A stretch of DNA of 64,000 nucleotides from an uncultured Gammaproteobacteria bacterium (GCA_964384125.1 CAYLKA010000004.1:5576-69575); one strand, 5' to 3'. Positions 29,577 through 38,582 are shown, numbered from the stretch's first letter. Notes: generated by a model not told the origin, from the sequence alone. Numbers and translations: made by a program.

Positions 29577-30665
29577 ATGGTTGAAGGTAGCGTGAGAAAA
29601 ATAACAATCGGTCTAATCGCAACGCTTCTATTCAGTTCATTGGTTTTTGGCCAAGCACCCCAACTGCGTCGCTCAGTTGTTGGAGAAGAGCCCGTCTGGA
29701 CCATAACCCACATTAATGGGGGGGTGTACAGGGCCTCCACAAACAATCATGGCACTGTATTTTTGGTAACCCAGGACGGAATAGTTTTGGCGGATCCGTT
29801 GAGTCTTGAGTTTTCGGTATGGCTTAAAGGGGAGTTTGAGACACGATTTGAAGTTCCTGTTAAGTATGTGGTCTACAGCCACTACCATTGGGATCATGCT
29901 TCGGGGGGAGAGGTTTTTGCAGACACTGCTCGGTTTGTTGGTCATGCCAATATGCTGTCCTATCTGGAGATGCCCCCATCCTCAACTACCTTGCAACAGG
30001 TTATTGGTCAGTATCAGCCTGTAGCCGCTTTGGATGCCAACGGTAATGGTGTTATTGATCAGAGCGAAGTTCCGGATGATTTTCAGCGTTTCCCAGGGTC
30101 AGCCCAGAGCCAGTTCGAAGGTTTCGATGAAGACGAGGACGGTGTTTTGAGTGGTGCTGAGGTGGTTCGTGGGCCTCTGCGTTTCGTCCACCCCCCCGAC
30201 ATCCGTTATTCAGACGAATTCCAGATCAGCCTGGGCGGTAAGCGGGTGAGGTTGACTTGGGTTGGAGACATGAATCATTCCAGTGATACGAGCCTGATTA
30301 CCTTTCCGGATGACGACGTGATGCTAATTGTCGACTATGTGTCGCAACGGCTTCCGAATAGGGAGATGGATTACGAGCTTGGAAAATTTCCGGAATGGAT
30401 GTCCGCGATTCGACTAACGGAGGAGATGGCCAAAGAGTTTCAGTTCGTTGCGACAGGACACGGACCCGTGGGTGACTGGGAGGACGTTAGCGCGTGGCGC
30501 GAGTACCTTGAAAAGCTTCGGGACGCGGTTGCCACAGGGATTGCTACCGGCCAGACATTGGAGGATATGCAGCGCGATATCACGATGGACGAATACAGTG
30601 ACTGGGAAGGTTTCGATTGGGTTGATGAGAACGTCCTCGGGATGTACCACTTCCTGACCGACTGA
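29577..30665 (+). CDS. Exported MBL-fold metallo-hydrolase with an inserted pair of EF-hand-like loops
   Basis: 362 aa with a signal peptide. The MBL motif is SHYHWDHASGG, with later H/D ligands. Two canonical 12-residue EF loops are DANGNGVIDQSE (30033-30068) and DEDEDGVLSGAE (30126-30161). Confidence 0.82.
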   Translation: MVEGSVRKITIGLIATLLFSSLVFGQAPQLRRSVVGEEPVWTITHINGGVYRASTNNHGTVFLVTQDGIVLADPLSLEFSVWLKGEFETRFEVPVKYVVYSHYHWDHASGGEVFADTARFVGHANMLSYLEMPPSSTTLQQVIGQYQPVAALDANGNGVIDQSEVPDDFQRFPGSAQSQFEGFDEDEDGVLSGAEVVRGPLRFVHPPDIRYSDEFQISLGGKRVRLTWVGDMNHSSDTSLITFPDDDVMLIVDYVSQRLPNREMDYELGKFPEWMSAIRLTEEMAKEFQFVATGHGPVGDWEDVSAWREYLEKLRDAVATGIATGQTLEDMQRDITMDEYSDWEGFDWVDENVLGMYHFLTD

Positions 30666-31714
30666 TGGGGAAGGGCATGCTATTGAAAACTTTAGCTATC
30701 ACCGTCGTGGCTTTCGTATTCACCTCGCTTGCTCACGGTCACCACAGCGATGCGGGTCTCGACATGGAGTCCCCTGTCACCCTTGAGGGGACCGTTACCG
30801 AGTTCAACTGGAGAAATCCCCACGTCTACTTTGGTGTAGAAACCACCGACGGGACGGAGTGGGAGGTACAGATGGGCTCGACCATCGTCCTTTCTCGTAT
30901 GGGCTGGACGCGCGAGTCTTTGGACATCGGTGACCAGGTGACCGTTGCGGTGTACGCAGCGCGCAATGGGCGCCCCTACGGCTTGATCAACGGTGTGGAG
31001 AAGGAAGGCGGTCTCGCTTTACCTGGGTCGTTCGACAGTGCGACTGCTGAGCCCCTTTTAAACGCACCCGCTCCGACCGGAAGCACATCGACTCTCGACG
31101 GTATCTGGTTGTCGGATGTCTCCGAACTCGTCAGTTACCCGGGTGGACTCGACGGGCTCTTTAACGCGTTGTTGAATGTCACCGAGAAGGGGCGTGCTGC
31201 GCAGGCTGCTTATTCTGAGATCTCAGAACAAAACCCCGGTGCAAATTGCATCGGCTTCCCGACCCCGACCATTATCATCCTTACGAACCTCTATCCGCTT
31301 CAGATCCAGATAAACGCGGACGAGGAAACGGTTTCGATACGAAGTGAGTTCTATGATGAGGAGCGAACGGTCTATATGGACGGCCGGACGCATCCCGGCG
31401 TGGGTGAGCGTACACATTCCGGGCATTCGATCGGTTGGTGGGAGGGCGACACTCTGGTGGTGGACACTACGAACTTTGCTGATCATCGTTCGCCTTACCA
31501 GATCGGTCTCCCTTCTGGAGTCCAAAAACATGTCGTTGAACGCTACACGCTGACCGATGACGGCACTCGTATTATCGTTGAGTTTATGCTTGAGGATCCG
31601 GAGTACATCTCAGTGCCGATGACGCACAGGCGGGAACTGATCTACTCTCCGCAGATGGAGTTGTCCGCCTTCGACTGTGATCCAGAGGCGACACGACGTT
31701 TCCTGCCACGATAA
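30665..31714 (+). CDS. Secreted two-domain His-His protein, paralogue 3 (function unknown)
   Basis: The ATG overlaps the upstream stop (TGATG). Signal peptide ...FTSLA, then HGHHSDAG. The N-domain has GTVTEFNWRNPHVYF...EWEVQ...GDQVTVAVYA. The C-domain has NPGANCIGFPTP, GHSIGWWEGDTLVVDTTNF, GLPSG, VERY, LEDPE and AFDCDP. Confidence 0.87.
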   Translation: MGKGMLLKTLAITVVAFVFTSLAHGHHSDAGLDMESPVTLEGTVTEFNWRNPHVYFGVETTDGTEWEVQMGSTIVLSRMGWTRESLDIGDQVTVAVYAARNGRPYGLINGVEKEGGLALPGSFDSATAEPLLNAPAPTGSTSTLDGIWLSDVSELVSYPGGLDGLFNALLNVTEKGRAAQAAYSEISEQNPGANCIGFPTPTIIILTNLYPLQIQINADEETVSIRSEFYDEERTVYMDGRTHPGVGERTHSGHSIGWWEGDTLVVDTTNFADHRSPYQIGLPSGVQKHVVERYTLTDDGTRIIVEFMLEDPEYISVPMTHRRELIYSPQMELSAFDCDPEATRRFLPR

Positions 31715-31796
31715 CCCCTGAAGACCCCTGCTTGGCGCAGGTTGAATCCGTCTTGGTATAGTTGGCGCTGCAAGCGTTAGGAAAGGCGTTCGAGAA

Positions 31797-32891
31797 ATGA
31801 ATAGGGATGGATGCATGAAGCGATACGTTTCAATGATGATTCTGGGAATAGTTGGGATTGCCGTCGCGGGTGGTATGGCCAATGCGCAGACGGATCAGTT
31901 GAACGACCCGGATTGGCCCGACTGGGCATACGGATTTCTGACTCCTCTCGAGGAGGGCGATCGCGTCGCTCCCCCATGTCCACCGTCAACTTCGAATCCG
32001 CGCGATTGCAGAAACCAGACCCCTTCGGAGCCGGACGATGGCATCAAACACGAATTGCCAGGCACGGATAAAACCTTTACCCGTGCCGAGGCGAATTACG
32101 GCTATGGTCCTGCGGACTGGTTTCCGGAGTTCCATCCTGAGATGCCGGACATTGTTGCCCACGGTAAGGAGAGTGCCGGCATCCGTGCTTGTTCTCTATG
32201 CCACTACCCTAACGGCCAGGGGAAGATGGAAAACGCGCACGTCGCCGGGTTGCCCGCGGAGTACATCCTTCAGCAACTCGATGCGTTCGAGCGAGGTGAC
32301 CGTCGCAATTCCGATGTGCGTAAGGAGAACACTAACGAGATGTCGATCATGCCCAAGGGGCTCACCGACGAGGAGAAGCAACAGATAGCCGATTACTTCT
32401 CCTCAATACCTTTCCGTCAGTGGGTCCGGGTGGTGGAAGCTGAGGAGGTGCCCCAGGTACGTCTCACCAACGGCGGATTGATGGTGCCGATTCCCGGTGT
32501 CCCGATGATGCCACTGGGTAACCGCATCATCGAGGTGCCGGAGCATCCGGAACGCACCGAAATCATGCGCGATCCTAGGGCTGGATTCCTGACTTACGTG
32601 CCGGTGGGTAGCCTTGCGAAAGGTGAGGCGCTTGTGAGCACGGGGGGTGGCAAGACAATTCAGTGCGGGATCTGTCACGGCCCGGATCAGCGCGGCGTGG
32701 CGGCGATCCCCCCGATCGCTGGAAGAACCGCGAGCTACACGATGAGACAGCTTTGGGATTTCAAGCAAGGCACGAGGATGAGCCCGCTCATGGCACCTGT
32801 GGTGGCGAACCTCACGGCTGAGGACATGATGCATATCGTCGCCTATTTAGCTTCCTTGCCGCCTTCAGAAGAATCGTTCCCTGGCCCTTAG
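31797..32891 (+). CDS. Periplasmic dihaem c-type cytochrome
   Basis: 364 aa (likely start ATG 31815, MKRYVSMMILGIVGIAVAGGMANAQ). It has two CXXCH motifs, CSLCH and CGICH. Confidence 0.82.
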   Translation: MNRDGCMKRYVSMMILGIVGIAVAGGMANAQTDQLNDPDWPDWAYGFLTPLEEGDRVAPPCPPSTSNPRDCRNQTPSEPDDGIKHELPGTDKTFTRAEANYGYGPADWFPEFHPEMPDIVAHGKESAGIRACSLCHYPNGQGKMENAHVAGLPAEYILQQLDAFERGDRRNSDVRKENTNEMSIMPKGLTDEEKQQIADYFSSIPFRQWVRVVEAEEVPQVRLTNGGLMVPIPGVPMMPLGNRIIEVPEHPERTEIMRDPRAGFLTYVPVGSLAKGEALVSTGGGKTIQCGICHGPDQRGVAAIPPIAGRTASYTMRQLWDFKQGTRMSPLMAPVVANLTAEDMMHIVAYLASLPPSEESFPGP

Positions 32892-32898
32892 GATGCCC

Positions 32899-32935
32899 TG
32901 ACCGGCGGCGGTGTTTGTCCGCCGGTCATTTCCTC
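32899..32935 (+). terminator. Hairpin, probable intrinsic terminator after the cytochrome gene
   Basis: A perfect 10-bp inverted repeat TGACCGGCGG / CCGCCGGTCA (32899-32908 and 32919-32928) with a 10-nt loop, followed by TTTCCTC. The T-tract is short, so confidence is moderate. Confidence 0.5.
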
Positions 32936-33075
32936 GCGAATCGAGCGGCCGGTTTTGATCGGACGCCGCCGTTTGTTCAAAAGATGATCTGGCTTTATCT
33001 GGGTGTTTCTAATTCCTGGGATAGTCACTCTTGTTGCACGATAAGCTTTCAACAAGTGTTTTTCTATTGTGACCG

Positions 33076-33555
33076 TTGATGCAAGCCATAAAAGGGGTAG
33101 TTATGAATGGGATTCTCGATATTAAGCCGACGATCGGAGGGGCTCCGACGAACATGCAGATTGGATATTTCTTCATGCGAATCATGCTGGGAATGAATCT
33201 GTTTTTTCATGGTTTCATGAGAATCGTGACTGGTGTGAGCGCATGGGAGATTCCCATGGCGGCGACATTCGAGGACACGTTCCTCCCGATGACGCTGGTG
33301 CACACTTTTCTTTACATGATCCCCTATATAGAGGTTGTGCTTGGTACGTTGACGCTCCTTGGGCTGCAGATGCGTTGGGCGTTGCTTGGGGGCATCTCTT
33401 TTTACGTGATCCTGATGTTTGGGCACACCGTGAGACAGAATTGGGCGGGGGTCCATATCGTTATGCACTACGGGCTGTACTACTGGATCCTGCTCGTGCT
33501 ACAAGGTCAGAATTGGCTGGCTTTGGATAACAGAAGAAAACGAGACCAGGGGTAG
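33076..33555 (+). CDS. DoxX-like integral membrane protein
   Basis: About 150-159 aa (TTG 33076, ATG 33079 or ATG 33103) with four hydrophobic segments. The DoxX-type pattern is FFMRIMLGMNLFFHGFMRI. Confidence 0.6.
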   Translation: MMQAIKGVVMNGILDIKPTIGGAPTNMQIGYFFMRIMLGMNLFFHGFMRIVTGVSAWEIPMAATFEDTFLPMTLVHTFLYMIPYIEVVLGTLTLLGLQMRWALLGGISFYVILMFGHTVRQNWAGVHIVMHYGLYYWILLVLQGQNWLALDNRRKRDQG

Positions 33556-33636
33556 TCGGTGATTTGATTCGTGCTGATCCCGGCGGGTGTTCGGCCCGAC
33601 AGGGTGTACACCGGCGAGCTGTGCAAGGAGTCCTCA

Positions 33637-34041
33637 ATGGAAATCGAACGTATCAACCCGGAAGGCATATACAAACATCCTAACTTTACGAGAATCGTTA
33701 CCGTCAAGGGGCCGATGAAGCTCATATTTATCGCCGGGCAGACGCCCTCCGATGAGAACTACGAACCGGTTGCCTGTGGAGATTACCGCGGCCAATACCT
33801 AAATGTGATGGAGAATCTTGAGATTCAGCTTGAGGCGGCGGGAGCTGGTTGGCAGGATATCGTTTTTCGGAGGATCTTTGTGCTCGACGTCGAAGAGTTC
33901 AAGCTCAGGACCCGCGGGGAAGACGCGCCGCAGTTTGGCGATCCTGACAACCCGCCGCCGACTACACTGATCGGCGTCACCCAGTTAGCTCATCCCGATT
34001 TTCTGATTGAGATTGATCTGTTAGCCATCACCGACGCCTGA
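33637..34041 (+). CDS. RidA/YjgF/TdcF family protein (no signal peptide)
   Basis: The ORF starts at 33571; I prefer ATG 33637, which follows AAGGAG. The family pattern is LIFIAGQTPSD...NLEIQLEAAGAGWQDIV...IEIDLLA. Confidence 0.75.
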   Translation: MEIERINPEGIYKHPNFTRIVTVKGPMKLIFIAGQTPSDENYEPVACGDYRGQYLNVMENLEIQLEAAGAGWQDIVFRRIFVLDVEEFKLRTRGEDAPQFGDPDNPPPTTLIGVTQLAHPDFLIEIDLLAITDA

Positions 34042-34088
34042 CTGTCGTCGTCATTAGCCTCACTCCCAGAAACTAGAGGAGAACTTAA

Positions 34089-34580
34089 ATGAGTCACTTT
34101 ATGATAAAGAAAACTTACACTATTGTTTCAGGCATCACACTCGTCATGTTTCTTACAGCCTGCAGCTCCTTGCCCTCACTACCACTCGGTGGAAACTCTG
34201 AGCGTACCGTCATCAGTCCCGAGAACTACCCGTATTTCGGATTTCCTTACAGTCCAGGAATCTTGGTCGGGGACACGTTGTACATATCAGGGCATCTCGG
34301 GCGTGATCCGGAGACGACCGAGCTAGTTGACGGCGGTATCCAAGCCGAAACGCGCCAGATAATGGCCAACATTCAAGGGGTGTTGAGCGCCGCAGGAATG
34401 ACGCTTCAGGATGTCGTCACGGTCACTGCCTTCATTACCGACATCAACGCTTTCCCGCAGTTCAATGAAGTCTATCGGGAATTTTTTCCTGAAGATCCGC
34501 CCGCTCGGGCTACGGTGCAAGTCGCGGCGTTGAATGTTGGTGCTGAAGTAGAGTTGCAGATGATTGCCGTTAGACCGTAA
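34089..34580 (+). CDS. RidA/YjgF family protein with lipoprotein signal (exported)
   Basis: 163 aa with a lipobox FLTAC. The canonical RidA core is LYISGHLGRDPET...AETRQIMANIQGVLSAAGMTLQDVV...PARATVQVAAL...VELQMIAV. Confidence 0.82.
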   Translation: MSHFMIKKTYTIVSGITLVMFLTACSSLPSLPLGGNSERTVISPENYPYFGFPYSPGILVGDTLYISGHLGRDPETTELVDGGIQAETRQIMANIQGVLSAAGMTLQDVVTVTAFITDINAFPQFNEVYREFFPEDPPARATVQVAALNVGAEVELQMIAVRP

Positions 34581-34706
34581 TCGGTGGTGACTCCGAGGTA
34601 CCGGGGTGATCCCGATCGGAGCAAGTCCCGTAACGGGTAGAAAAGGGGCGGTACCATCTTGGTGAAATCCGTCTAACAACGACTATAGAAGTGGAGGGTC
34701 CTCGCT

Positions 34707-35756
34707 GTGAGATACGCTAGGTTTCTGCTCGTCGGGCTGGTCCTTTCAACTGGCGTGCTAGCACACCATTCCCCCAATCTACACTTCGATAGGGACGACA
34801 TTGCGGAAGTCACTGGTGATATCACCGATGTGGCTTGGCGTAATCCTCACACCGAGATCACGGTCATCGTAGTGGGTGAGAATGGAGAGGAGATTGAGTG
34901 GCTGGTGGACACTCGGGGTGCGACCCAGTTTTTGCGCGCTGGCCTTGATCAGGAAGCGTTCAAGGTAGGAGATTCTATTCAAGTCGCTGGTTTTCGTGGC
35001 CGACGCAATCGAAACGCCATCTTCTCCACGAATATTCTGCTCAGTGACGGACGGGAACTGGTTGCCGATAACTTCGCTGAGCCCCGTTGGGCCCCGTCTC
35101 GTGCGGTAAATCTGGTATTACGCGATCAGACGTTGCCGTCCGCCGCGGACCTGCCGAGCGAGGTGGAAGGCATCTTCCGTGTGTGGGGCCGTGCTCGCTC
35201 GAGCTATGGGATACAAGGCACAGGTCGATCCCTGTGGAAGGACAGCTACCCACTGACGGAGCGCGCCCGGGTCACTCAGGCGGCTTGGGATCGTGTCGTG
35301 GACAACCCTTACATCAGCTGCGGTACTGGCATGCCGGCTATCATGGATCTCACCACGCCTATGGAATTCATTCAGGAAGGCGGGGACATCGTGTTGTACC
35401 TGGAGGAGCAGGACTCTGTCCGCCGGATCCACATGACAGATACGGAGGCTCCCCGCCAGGCTGCTGCAACTCCCATGGGTTATTCCACTGGTCGTTGGGA
35501 CGGTGAGACGTTGGTAGTGACCACAACGCATGTCGGTTGGCCGTGGTTTGATCAGAGCGGCGTGCCTCAAACAGAAGCGGTGGAGTTTGTAGAACGCTTT
35601 GCACCCAGCGCGGACGGCCGGATTCTGACCTATGAGATCATCGTGACTGATCCAGAGACCTTCACGGAGCCGGTTTTATTGGAGAGGCATTGGGTCTGGG
35701 AGCCGACTCTGCAGAGGAGACCATACAACTGCGTGTGGGAACGGAACGACCTATAG
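34707..35756 (+). CDS. Secreted two-domain His-His protein, paralogue 4 (function unknown)
   Basis: GTG start after GGAGGG. Signal peptide ...STGVLA, then HHSPNLHF. The N-domain has GDITDVAWRNPHTEI...EWLVD...GDSIQVAGFR...LLSDGRELV. The C-domain has NPYISCGTGMPA, GYSTGRWDGETLVVTTTH, GVPQTE, VERF, VTDPE and PYNCVW. Confidence 0.87.
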   Translation: MRYARFLLVGLVLSTGVLAHHSPNLHFDRDDIAEVTGDITDVAWRNPHTEITVIVVGENGEEIEWLVDTRGATQFLRAGLDQEAFKVGDSIQVAGFRGRRNRNAIFSTNILLSDGRELVADNFAEPRWAPSRAVNLVLRDQTLPSAADLPSEVEGIFRVWGRARSSYGIQGTGRSLWKDSYPLTERARVTQAAWDRVVDNPYISCGTGMPAIMDLTTPMEFIQEGGDIVLYLEEQDSVRRIHMTDTEAPRQAAATPMGYSTGRWDGETLVVTTTHVGWPWFDQSGVPQTEAVEFVERFAPSADGRILTYEIIVTDPETFTEPVLLERHWVWEPTLQRRPYNCVWERNDL

Positions 35757-35794
35757 CGTGACTACTGCGCGTTCCTGCAAGAGACATCAACAAT

Positions 35795-36772
35795 GTGCCG
35801 GGAGACTCAGTTATGAACGTTAACCGCGACATCGCCGGGAGGTTCGTTGGGTTGCTCGCGGGCATCGGTATTCTGGCCAGCGGGTGGGCGCAGGCGCCTG
35901 ACCCTGCTGTTCCTGCACCGATGATTGAAAGGAACGAAGCACAAAAGGTATCCGACCACGTTTATGTGATTCTTGATAAGAACCGCAGTTTCGTTCCTAA
36001 CATCGGCATCATTGTGGGCGATCGTGCTACTTTGGTGATCGATACCGGGCTTGGATTACCCAACGGCGAGATCGTGCTCGAAGAAGCGAAGAAGCTCAGC
36101 ACGAATGAGGAACTCTACGTCGTCTCCACACATTATCACTCGGAGCACGACCTTGGAGCAGGCGCGTTCCCGGCGACTGCTACGATGATTCGCAGTCGTG
36201 ATCAGCAGCAGGACCTCGATGAGTTCCGTCTCTCGCACGCCGAGCGTTTCTCGAGCATGTCGGCAACGATGGCAGGGCTCCTCGTAGGAGCAGATTACAG
36301 GCAAGCTGACGTTTACTTCGAAGATGAGTACAGCTTGGATCTCGGTGGTGTGACCGTGCAGATGTACGCCGTGGGGCCAGCCCATACGCGCGGCGACACG
36401 GTGTTTTTAGTTGAGCAAGACAGCGTGCTGTTTGCAGGAGACGTAGCGATGCGCCGCTATCCTCGACTTGCGAGCCCAACCTCCGGTGTACGGGTGTGGC
36501 TTGAGGCCCTGCAGGTTATTGCGTCGCTGCCTGTGGAGTTGGTCGTGCCGAGCCATGGCCCGATGGGAGACGCTAGCGTGATAGAAAAGAACGCTGAGTT
36601 TTTCTCTCTGCTGCAGTCACGGGCCGCGGAGCTTAAGGCGCGGGGGCGCTCTGAGGATGAGGTCGCGGAGTTGCTTGCGACCGAGCTTGCTCCTTCATTC
36701 TCCGACTGGGATAGCGAGGGCATCGGTAGAATAAATCCTGCGGCCAGAGTGGCTTTTGCCGAGGCCCGTTAG
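35795..36772 (+). CDS. Exported MBL-fold metallo-hydrolase
   Basis: 325 aa (likely start ATG 35813, with a signal peptide ending WAQA). The MBL motif is STHYHSEHDLG, with later HTRGD and PSHG. Confidence 0.8.
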   Translation: MPGDSVMNVNRDIAGRFVGLLAGIGILASGWAQAPDPAVPAPMIERNEAQKVSDHVYVILDKNRSFVPNIGIIVGDRATLVIDTGLGLPNGEIVLEEAKKLSTNEELYVVSTHYHSEHDLGAGAFPATATMIRSRDQQQDLDEFRLSHAERFSSMSATMAGLLVGADYRQADVYFEDEYSLDLGGVTVQMYAVGPAHTRGDTVFLVEQDSVLFAGDVAMRRYPRLASPTSGVRVWLEALQVIASLPVELVVPSHGPMGDASVIEKNAEFFSLLQSRAAELKARGRSEDEVAELLATELAPSFSDWDSEGIGRINPAARVAFAEAR

Positions 36773-36841
36773 TGCTCCGAGCCGTGGCGAATTAATGGGA
36801 ACTTGAATCTGGAGTGTTTGCCTGATCAGCAGTGCGTTGAG

Positions 36842-38503
36842 TCATTCTGATAGTTTCCCAGTTAGCCAGTAGCGCCTTCTTTTCGGTGCGCCTCGGGTAA
36901 CGAAATGACTCACCTTGGGCGGGCTATCGCCACAGTGGTACGCGTCGGCGACCCGTTTGAATTCCAAATCTTCGACGGTAATCCGCTCGGCACGGCGGAG
37001 ATGATCTAACCAGGTCAGGTCAATGAAGCTTTCCATATAGCTAAGCTCATCGTCTGTATTCCGGTATAGGCCCCAGGCGCTTGCACCATTCTTGAGACGC
37101 ATTCGTCGCACATCGCGCATGGCCGATTCGAAGCCGGATCTATCTTCCGGCTTTATGGAATACTCAATGTTCACCATGACCGGTCCCTCCTGAGCCCGGT
37201 CGGGTGTCAAGCTCGGTTCGGTGGAAGGCTGGGCGATGGAATGATCCACATTGGAATGGGCCGCTAGACGCCAGCGTGAAGCTATCCAGCCGGCCAGGAG
37301 GCAGAATCCGGCGGCTGTGGTGAGGGCGGTGGTGGTGCTCGTAGCCGAGGCGAGTCGGCCCCAACTCGCACTGCCCACTGCCATGCTGCCCATGAAGGTC
37401 GCAATGTAGATTGCCAGACCTCGCGCACGGACCCAGGCGGGTAGGGACAGCTGGGCCGATACCTGCAGTGTCGAGACAACACTGATCCAGGCAGCACCCG
37501 CTAGAAACATGATGACGGCTAGCAGTGCCGGTGAGCGAATATTCGCAAGGCCCAAAAGGATGACTGTCGCTATCAGTGTGCCGGCGCCCAGCACTGCATC
37601 GTTAGAGAATCGGCTTCTTATGCGTGCCAGCAGGAGCCCCGTGATGACGGCGCCGGCGCCCATGCTGGTGAGCAGCCAGCCGTATGTTTGGGGGCCCGCA
37701 CCCATCTCCTCACGCACTATAAGCGGCAGGAACGCGAACATGCCGCTCATTGCGGTAAAAAAAGCGAAGCCTCGAATCATTACCGTCTGCAATGCCGGGG
37801 ACTGGCGTGCGAAGTTGAACCCTGACCGCAAGGCCCCGATAAACCGTTCGGAAGGTAGTGTCCCTCGTGGTTGCATGCTGCGGTACCGAAGGATGACAAT
37901 AAAAATTCCTACGAAGCTCAGCGCATTTAAGAGGAAGACGGGTCCGGGCCCGCTTGCCGCGATGAGCGCTCCTGCGATAGCAGGGCCGATTGCGCGCGTT
38001 AGGTTCATGGCGATGCTGTTCGCGGTGACCGCTGCAACGAGATCCTTTCTTGGAACGAGATCTGGTACTAGTGCAGAGAAAGCGGGCCACATCATCGCCA
38101 TGCCAACGCCTAGGCCGAACGTGAACGCGATCAGGAGCCACGGCGTGATTTGTCCCGTAACCGTCAGTACGCCGAGGAGCCCCGCCATGGCCGCCATCCA
38201 CAAGATTGCGAACAGCATGTAGGAGCGCCGATCGACGATATCCGCTAGCGCGCCTGCTGGAAGGGTCAGTAGAAATGCGGGAAGAACCCACGATACCTGG
38301 ACGAGAGAAACCATGAATGGATCGGGTACGAGCGTTGCCATCAGCCAGCCCGCACTCACATCCTGCATCCAGGTGCCGAGGTTGGATACGAGATTGGCCA
38401 GCCAGAGGTTCCTGAAGATCTTTATTCTGAGAGGGCTCAACGCGGACGTCGAGGGCCCAGTAGGCGGAAGCCCTGCTGCTGGTTCCTTCTCGACACTGGC
38501 CAT
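36842..38503 (-). CDS. MFS transporter with a ~111-aa C-terminal soluble extension
   Basis: 553 aa with about 12 TM segments. The N-terminal pattern is IFRNLWLANLVSNLGTWMQDV. The last 111 aa (36842-37177) are hydrophilic. Confidence 0.82.
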   Translation of the reverse strand: MASVEKEPAAGLPPTGPSTSALSPLRIKIFRNLWLANLVSNLGTWMQDVSAGWLMATLVPDPFMVSLVQVSWVLPAFLLTLPAGALADIVDRRSYMLFAILWMAAMAGLLGVLTVTGQITPWLLIAFTFGLGVGMAMMWPAFSALVPDLVPRKDLVAAVTANSIAMNLTRAIGPAIAGALIAASGPGPVFLLNALSFVGIFIVILRYRSMQPRGTLPSERFIGALRSGFNFARQSPALQTVMIRGFAFFTAMSGMFAFLPLIVREEMGAGPQTYGWLLTSMGAGAVITGLLLARIRSRFSNDAVLGAGTLIATVILLGLANIRSPALLAVIMFLAGAAWISVVSTLQVSAQLSLPAWVRARGLAIYIATFMGSMAVGSASWGRLASATSTTTALTTAAGFCLLAGWIASRWRLAAHSNVDHSIAQPSTEPSLTPDRAQEGPVMVNIEYSIKPEDRSGFESAMRDVRRMRLKNGASAWGLYRNTDDELSYMESFIDLTWLDHLRRAERITVEDLEFKRVADAYHCGDSPPKVSHFVTRGAPKRRRYWLTGKLSE

Positions 38504-38582
38504 AAATGGATGATCGCACAGTGCTCATCCGCGCGGCCATGCGCTTGCGGGGTGAGTAGAATCCTGCGATGGTAGAAACGGC

